In this document: one piece after another, positions 60,395 through 64,000 of the stretch
Layout: the number at the start of each line of letters is the position of its first letter
Numbering within the stretch: the first letter of the stretch is position 1
NCBI GenBank assembly: GCA_002353205.1
Contig: DEJE01000048.1
Span: 11,665 to 75,664 of the forward strand
Origin: Prevotella sp. UBA2756
Lineage (GTDB): Bacteria; Bacteroidota; Bacteroidia; Bacteroidales; Bacteroidaceae
Direction of reading: 5' to 3'
DNA: 64,000 nucleotides
Notes under the pieces: model-generated
The model's database searches: none
What the model saw: the letters and a program-made list of their open reading frames with translations, nothing else
What the model was told of the DNA's origin: nothing
Translations under genes and position numbers: made by a program

Positions 60395-60439
60395 GATGAT
60401 TGGTCATTGGGAATGATTACAGATAGTTGTTCAGATCAT

Positions 60440-60970
60440 TCATCGCGTCAGACAACGTTGATAAGCCAACCGTTCTGCCCCATCCAACAGATAGATAATA
60501 CCACAATAATGGAAACCGTATTTCTCGAGTGCACGGCGCATGGGGGTGTTCTGCCGATGGGTGTCGATGCGGATATTAGGGGTTCGGGAGAAACAATAGT
60601 CGAGCACCGTCTTAAAGATGCCATGGGCTTCGGGAGCACTGGCCATGCGGTGAACAACCCAATAGTTTGCCTGAACACGACCATCGACGGTGGGCTCGTC
60701 TAACCATTGCCCTTCGTAAATGTGCTGATAGGTCACGTCAGGGCCTTCAACAAAGGCAAAAGTGGCCACAGCTTCCCCGTCATCTTCCACAATATAACTG
60801 TTCCCCCTCTCAATGTCTTGCATGAGAACTTCACGACGGGGATTGCCATGAGTCCACTGGTCCGTGTTTCCCATGGCTCGCATCTTCTGTCGTCCGAAAT
60901 CAATCAACTCCAGAATACGCGGCAAGTCTTTCTCAGTTGCTTTTCTTATCTTCATCTTGTTTTGAGTCAT
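60440..60970 (-). CDS. GNAT family N-acetyltransferase
   Basis: IRKAT..D, QW..G.P, VVHRMA and IRIDTH..N.PM...L.K.GF.YCGII; start 60970 or 60955; TATTTTTG at 60978-60985. Confidence 0.85.
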   Translation of the reverse strand: MTQNKMKIRKATEKDLPRILELIDFGRQKMRAMGNTDQWTHGNPRREVLMQDIERGNSYIVEDDGEAVATFAFVEGPDVTYQHIYEGQWLDEPTVDGRVQANYWVVHRMASAPEAHGIFKTVLDYCFSRTPNIRIDTHRQNTPMRRALEKYGFHYCGIIYLLDGAERLAYQRCLTR

Positions 60971-61062
60971 TTGGGTGCAAAAATACAAAATAATGCGGAA
61001 TTCTCCGCAATGAATCGAGGATTTGTCGTATCTTTGCAAACAAAAATCCCAATTGTCATCCT

Positions 61063-61572
61063 ATGAAGAAATTAGTATTCACGATCATGCTGACGGCCTT
61101 CACGTTATATGCCAGCGCACAAACCTATCCACCGAAGGATTCACCACAGCTGGAGTTCGCTCTGCAACTGAGAGTCACACTGGGTGAGTCTTTTGTTATC
61201 AACAACACACAACACGGAAGGCGCACAGTGATTCCCATCACCGGAGGAACTTTCGAAGGACCGGATATCAAAGGAACAATCATCAACGGCGGTGCCGACT
61301 ATCAGCTAAATGCTGAGAACCGCACGGAACTGGAAGCTATCTACTGTATTCGGACAGACGACGGCGTCTATATCCATGTGCGCAATCGGGGCATCATCGC
61401 CAACGGAAAGGACAAGAACGGTCAACCGACGTTCTATTTTCGGTGTGCTCCGCAGTTTGAAGCTCCTCAAGACAGCAGATATGCATGGCTGAACAATGCA
61501 CTCTTCCTTTGCGCTCCTGATATTTCACCCGGCTTCAAAGGAATCGTGCTTAACGTGTGGAAAGTGATGTAA
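61063..61572 (+). CDS. DUF3237 family protein with signal peptide
   Basis: RRTVIPITGGTFEG, GGADYQ, TDDG, YFRCAPQFE and YAWLN; TATCTTTG at 61029. Confidence 0.85.
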   Translation: MKKLVFTIMLTAFTLYASAQTYPPKDSPQLEFALQLRVTLGESFVINNTQHGRRTVIPITGGTFEGPDIKGTIINGGADYQLNAENRTELEAIYCIRTDDGVYIHVRNRGIIANGKDKNGQPTFYFRCAPQFEAPQDSRYAWLNNALFLCAPDISPGFKGIVLNVWKVM

Positions 61573-61589
61573 AAGGCTTATCTGGTTAA

Positions 61590-62459
61590 TCATCGCTGCC
61601 AGGCACGACGCGTTTGCAGCAGAACACTGACCAAAATAAGCGCAATGCCGATGTAAAAGGAGAAGTTGATTTCACGACCTTCACCAAAAATAATAAAAGC
61701 CAAGATAATGGTGTAACACGGTTCGAGGTTATAGGACAGGTTGACGGTGAAGGCCGAGAGGCGCTTCAGAGCTTGAATCTGCAAGAGATACATGCCTACG
61801 GTGCAGAACAGGGAATGGCAAAGCATCAGCCAAAGATTGGATCCACTGGGCACGACGACGACTGGCTGCTGACTGGGAAAGAACATCAGGTAAACGGGAA
61901 TGATGGCCGAAATCAATACCAACCCACCCGACATCTGATACATCAGCACCGTCCGGCTGCGAACGCCCACGCTGACCTTCTTGTTACAGATAGCGTAGAG
62001 GGCACAAACGGCAGAGGAGACGACGCCAATGGCGATACCATAACGATAACGGGCATCGAACGAGAAGATGCACAGAACGCCCAGTACGGTAATCAATGAG
62101 AACAACAGTTCAAGCCACGAAAGACGACGTTTGTAGATAAGCGGCTCAAAGAGAGCCGTGAAGAAACCTATCAACGAAAAACATATCACACCGATGGAGA
62201 CGTTAGAGGCCTTGATGCTGCCATAAAACAGAATCCAATGGAATCCCAGCAAGGCACCGCAGCCACAAAGCTGAAGGAACTTCCGCCATCCCACCTTGGG
62301 CAAACCGGTAAATACCAGCAGGATCAGACTGGTGAACAGCATACGATACCATACGATATCGACCTCGTTCAGCGTAATCAGCCGTCCGAACAAACCCGTA
62401 AACCCAGCAAGCAGCACACTCAGGTGCAACTGAATAAATCCTTTACTTGTCTCATCCAT
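61590..62459 (-). CDS. DMT/EamA family transporter
   Basis: About 10 TM segments; HWILFYGSIK and LSAFTVNLSYNLEP. Confidence 0.9.
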   Translation of the reverse strand: MDETSKGFIQLHLSVLLAGFTGLFGRLITLNEVDIVWYRMLFTSLILLVFTGLPKVGWRKFLQLCGCGALLGFHWILFYGSIKASNVSIGVICFSLIGFFTALFEPLIYKRRLSWLELLFSLITVLGVLCIFSFDARYRYGIAIGVVSSAVCALYAICNKKVSVGVRSRTVLMYQMSGGLVLISAIIPVYLMFFPSQQPVVVVPSGSNLWLMLCHSLFCTVGMYLLQIQALKRLSAFTVNLSYNLEPCYTIILAFIIFGEGREINFSFYIGIALILVSVLLQTRRAWQR

Positions 62460-62490
62460 CTGTTACAAACGCTATGATTGGTGAAATATG

Positions 62491-62576
62491 AAACAAAATG
62501 TGGAGACCATTGCGGTTTCCACATTACGATGTTCAATCAGAATGGTGGCGGGACCCGACGGTCTCGCCACCATATT
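62491..62576 (-). terminator. Twin hairpins downstream of sdhB
   Basis: AATGTGGAGACC/GGTTTCCACATT (62497-62525, T-run on minus strand) and ATGGTGGCGGGACC/GGTCTCGCCACCAT (62542-62573). Confidence 0.7.
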
Positions 62577-62585
62577 ATATTACGC

Positions 62586-63344
62586 TTAGTCTGCCAACTT
62601 GGCCTTGATGAACTCGCGGTTCAGGCGGGCAATGTTGGCTATCGACTCGTTCTTCGGGCACACAGCCTCGCAGGCGCGGGTGTTGGTGCAGTTGCCGAAG
62701 CCGAGCTCTTCCATCTTCGCCATCATGGCCTTGGCGCGCTTGGCTGCCTCAGGACGGCCCTGCGGCAGCAGTGCGAGCTGGCTCACCTTCGACGAAACGA
62801 AGAGCATGGCCGAGCCGTTCTTACATGCAGCGACGCAGGCACCGCAACCGATGCACGATGCGCAGTCCATAGCTTCGTCGGCATTCTGCTTCGGGATGAG
62901 GATGGCGTTGGCATCCTGAGCCTGTCCGGTGCGGATGCTGGTGTAGCCACCGGCCTGGATGATCTTGTCGAAAGCGTTGCGGTCGACCATACAGTCCTTG
63001 ATCACGGGGAAGCCGGCCGAGCGCCAAGGCTCCACGGTGATGACGTCGCCGTCGTTGAACCGACGCATGTAGAGCTGGCAGGTGGTGGCTCCGCGCTCGG
63101 TCTTGCCGTGCGGCGTACCGTTGATATAGAGCGAGCACATGCCGCAGATGCCCTCGCGGCAGTCGTGGTCGAACACGAAGGGCTCCTTGCCCTCGTTGAT
63201 AAGTTCCTCGTTCAGGATGTCGAGCATCTCCAGGAATGAGGTGTCGTCGGGGATGTCGTGCATCTCGTGCGTATCAAAATGACCCTTCTCACGGGGACCG
63301 TTCTGACGCCAAAACTTGATTGTAAATGAAATATTCTTTGCCAT
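62586..63344 (-). CDS. sdhB: Succinate dehydrogenase/fumarate reductase iron-sulfur subunit
   Basis: [23 protein letters not shown] and [13 protein letters not shown]; start ATG 63344. Confidence 0.97.
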   Translation of the reverse strand: MAKNISFTIKFWRQNGPREKGHFDTHEMHDIPDDTSFLEMLDILNEELINEGKEPFVFDHDCREGICGMCSLYINGTPHGKTERGATTCQLYMRRFNDGDVITVEPWRSAGFPVIKDCMVDRNAFDKIIQAGGYTSIRTGQAQDANAILIPKQNADEAMDCASCIGCGACVAACKNGSAMLFVSSKVSQLALLPQGRPEAAKRAKAMMAKMEELGFGNCTNTRACEAVCPKNESIANIARLNREFIKAKLAD

Positions 63345-63351
63345 AATTATT

Positions 63352-63393
63352 TTAGTTGACAAGTAAACGAGTTGACAAGTAGACAAGTTGCTA
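63352..63393. repeat. Octamer array (AGTTGACA-like), left arm of a 42-bp inverted repeat
   Basis: TTAGTTGACAAGTAAACGAGTTGACAAGTAGACAAGTTGCTA. Confidence 0.9.
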
Positions 63394-63741
63394 GTTGAGA
63401 GACTTGATGAGCGCCGTCAGCATGCGGATGATTTCCTCTGTCTGGTCGATCAACTCCTGTGCCGATTCCTCAGACATAAAAGCGAGGTTCCGCGATATGA
63501 TGAGCTGGGTTTCCACTTCTGAGGCAGAACCGAGCGCATTGCTTAGGAACTTCAGCGTCTCTTTGCCATAAAGTCTTCCATAACCTTCAGCAATATTAGA
63601 AGGTATGGAAACGGCTGCACGGCGCAACTGCGAGACGATGCCAAAGAGCTCTTCTTGGGGGAATGCCCTTGTTGCCACATAGACAGCAGATACATGCTCC
63701 ATGCTTTTTTGCCATACGATTAAGTCTTTATGGCTCTTCAT
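63391..63741 (-). CDS. Four-helix-bundle protein (23S rRNA intervening-sequence protein family)
   Basis: [34 protein letters not shown] and [10 protein letters not shown]. Confidence 0.93.
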   Translation of the reverse strand: MKSHKDLIVWQKSMEHVSAVYVATRAFPQEELFGIVSQLRRAAVSIPSNIAEGYGRLYGKETLKFLSNALGSASEVETQLIISRNLAFMSEESAQELIDQTEEIIRMLTALIKSLN

Positions 63742-63785
63742 TTCTTGTTTTATCTTCTCGTTTACTTAATGAATTAATATTTATT

Positions 63786-63874
63786 TGTCAACTTGCCGAC
63801 TCATCGACTCGTCAACTCGCCGCATCCAAAGGTAGCAACTCGTCAACTCGTCAACTCGTCAACTCGTCAACTAA
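63786..63874. repeat. Octamer array (CGTCAACT)n, right arm of the inverted repeat (core 63833-63874)
   Basis: TAGCAACTCGTCAACTCGTCAACTCGTCAACTCGTCAACTAA plus degenerate units at 63786-63819. Confidence 0.9.
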
Positions 63875-64000
63875 TTCTTATAGTTACGTGTTTGAACCTT
63901 AATAGCCTCGTATTCCAGCGGCTCCTTGATCAGTTCGGGATCCTTGTCCGGGCCCTGATATTCCCAGCAACCTACGTAGAAGAAGTTCTCATCATCACGC
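63871..64000 (-). CDS. sdhA: Succinate dehydrogenase/fumarate reductase flavoprotein subunit (3' end only)
   Basis: RDDENFFYVGCWEYQGPDKDPELIKEPLEYEAIKVQTRNYKN*; lies upstream of sdhB. Confidence 0.9.
   Translation of the reverse strand, partial: RDDENFFYVGCWEYQGPDKDPELIKEPLEYEAIKVQTRNYKN

Noticed and set aside
63391-63741. Diversity-generating retroelement (Avd-like gene)
   Set aside because: No reverse transcriptase or TR/VR pair in the window.

Overview
GC-rich chromosomal segment from a Bacteroidales bacterium, most likely Prevotellaceae (TAnnTTTG promoters, a T9SS-type C-terminal domain, dapB-lepB-wbqC synteny). Most of the window (about 6.7-57 kb) is a pectin CAZyme cluster. Its families and gene order match my recollection of the rhamnogalacturonan-II (RG-II) locus of Bacteroides thetaiotaomicron: two GH78, GH139-like DUF5703, acetylesterase, GH106, several GH2, GH127, GH141, GH138, GH137-GH2-malectin, PL1 and CE8-PL1. 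No SusC/SusD pair is present in the window. Three observations stand out. (1) A bipartite ECF-type promoter motif, RKTACA-N14/15-MGTCHTT, lies 13-41 nt upstream of seven start codons. It links the pectin operons, a 48-aa anti-sigma-like sORF beside an orphan ECF sigma factor, and a corrinoid-type methyltransferase pair that may O-demethylate methylated RG-II sugars. (2) A four-helix-bundle gene inside sdhA-sdhB is flanked by 42-nt inverted arms that pair 40/42 on the mRNA strand when G-U is counted, like an mRNA-level intervening sequence. (3) Several short-period intergenic repeat families occur (9-bp TCTAGA arrays, 22/44-bp arrays, a promoter-bearing dispersed repeat). Also present: partial ruvB, an MNT-HepT toxin-antitoxin pair, a DNA alkylation-repair cluster, bcp, a VanX-like dipeptidase and sdhB with partial sdhA. 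All family calls come from reading motifs by eye; no searches were run.
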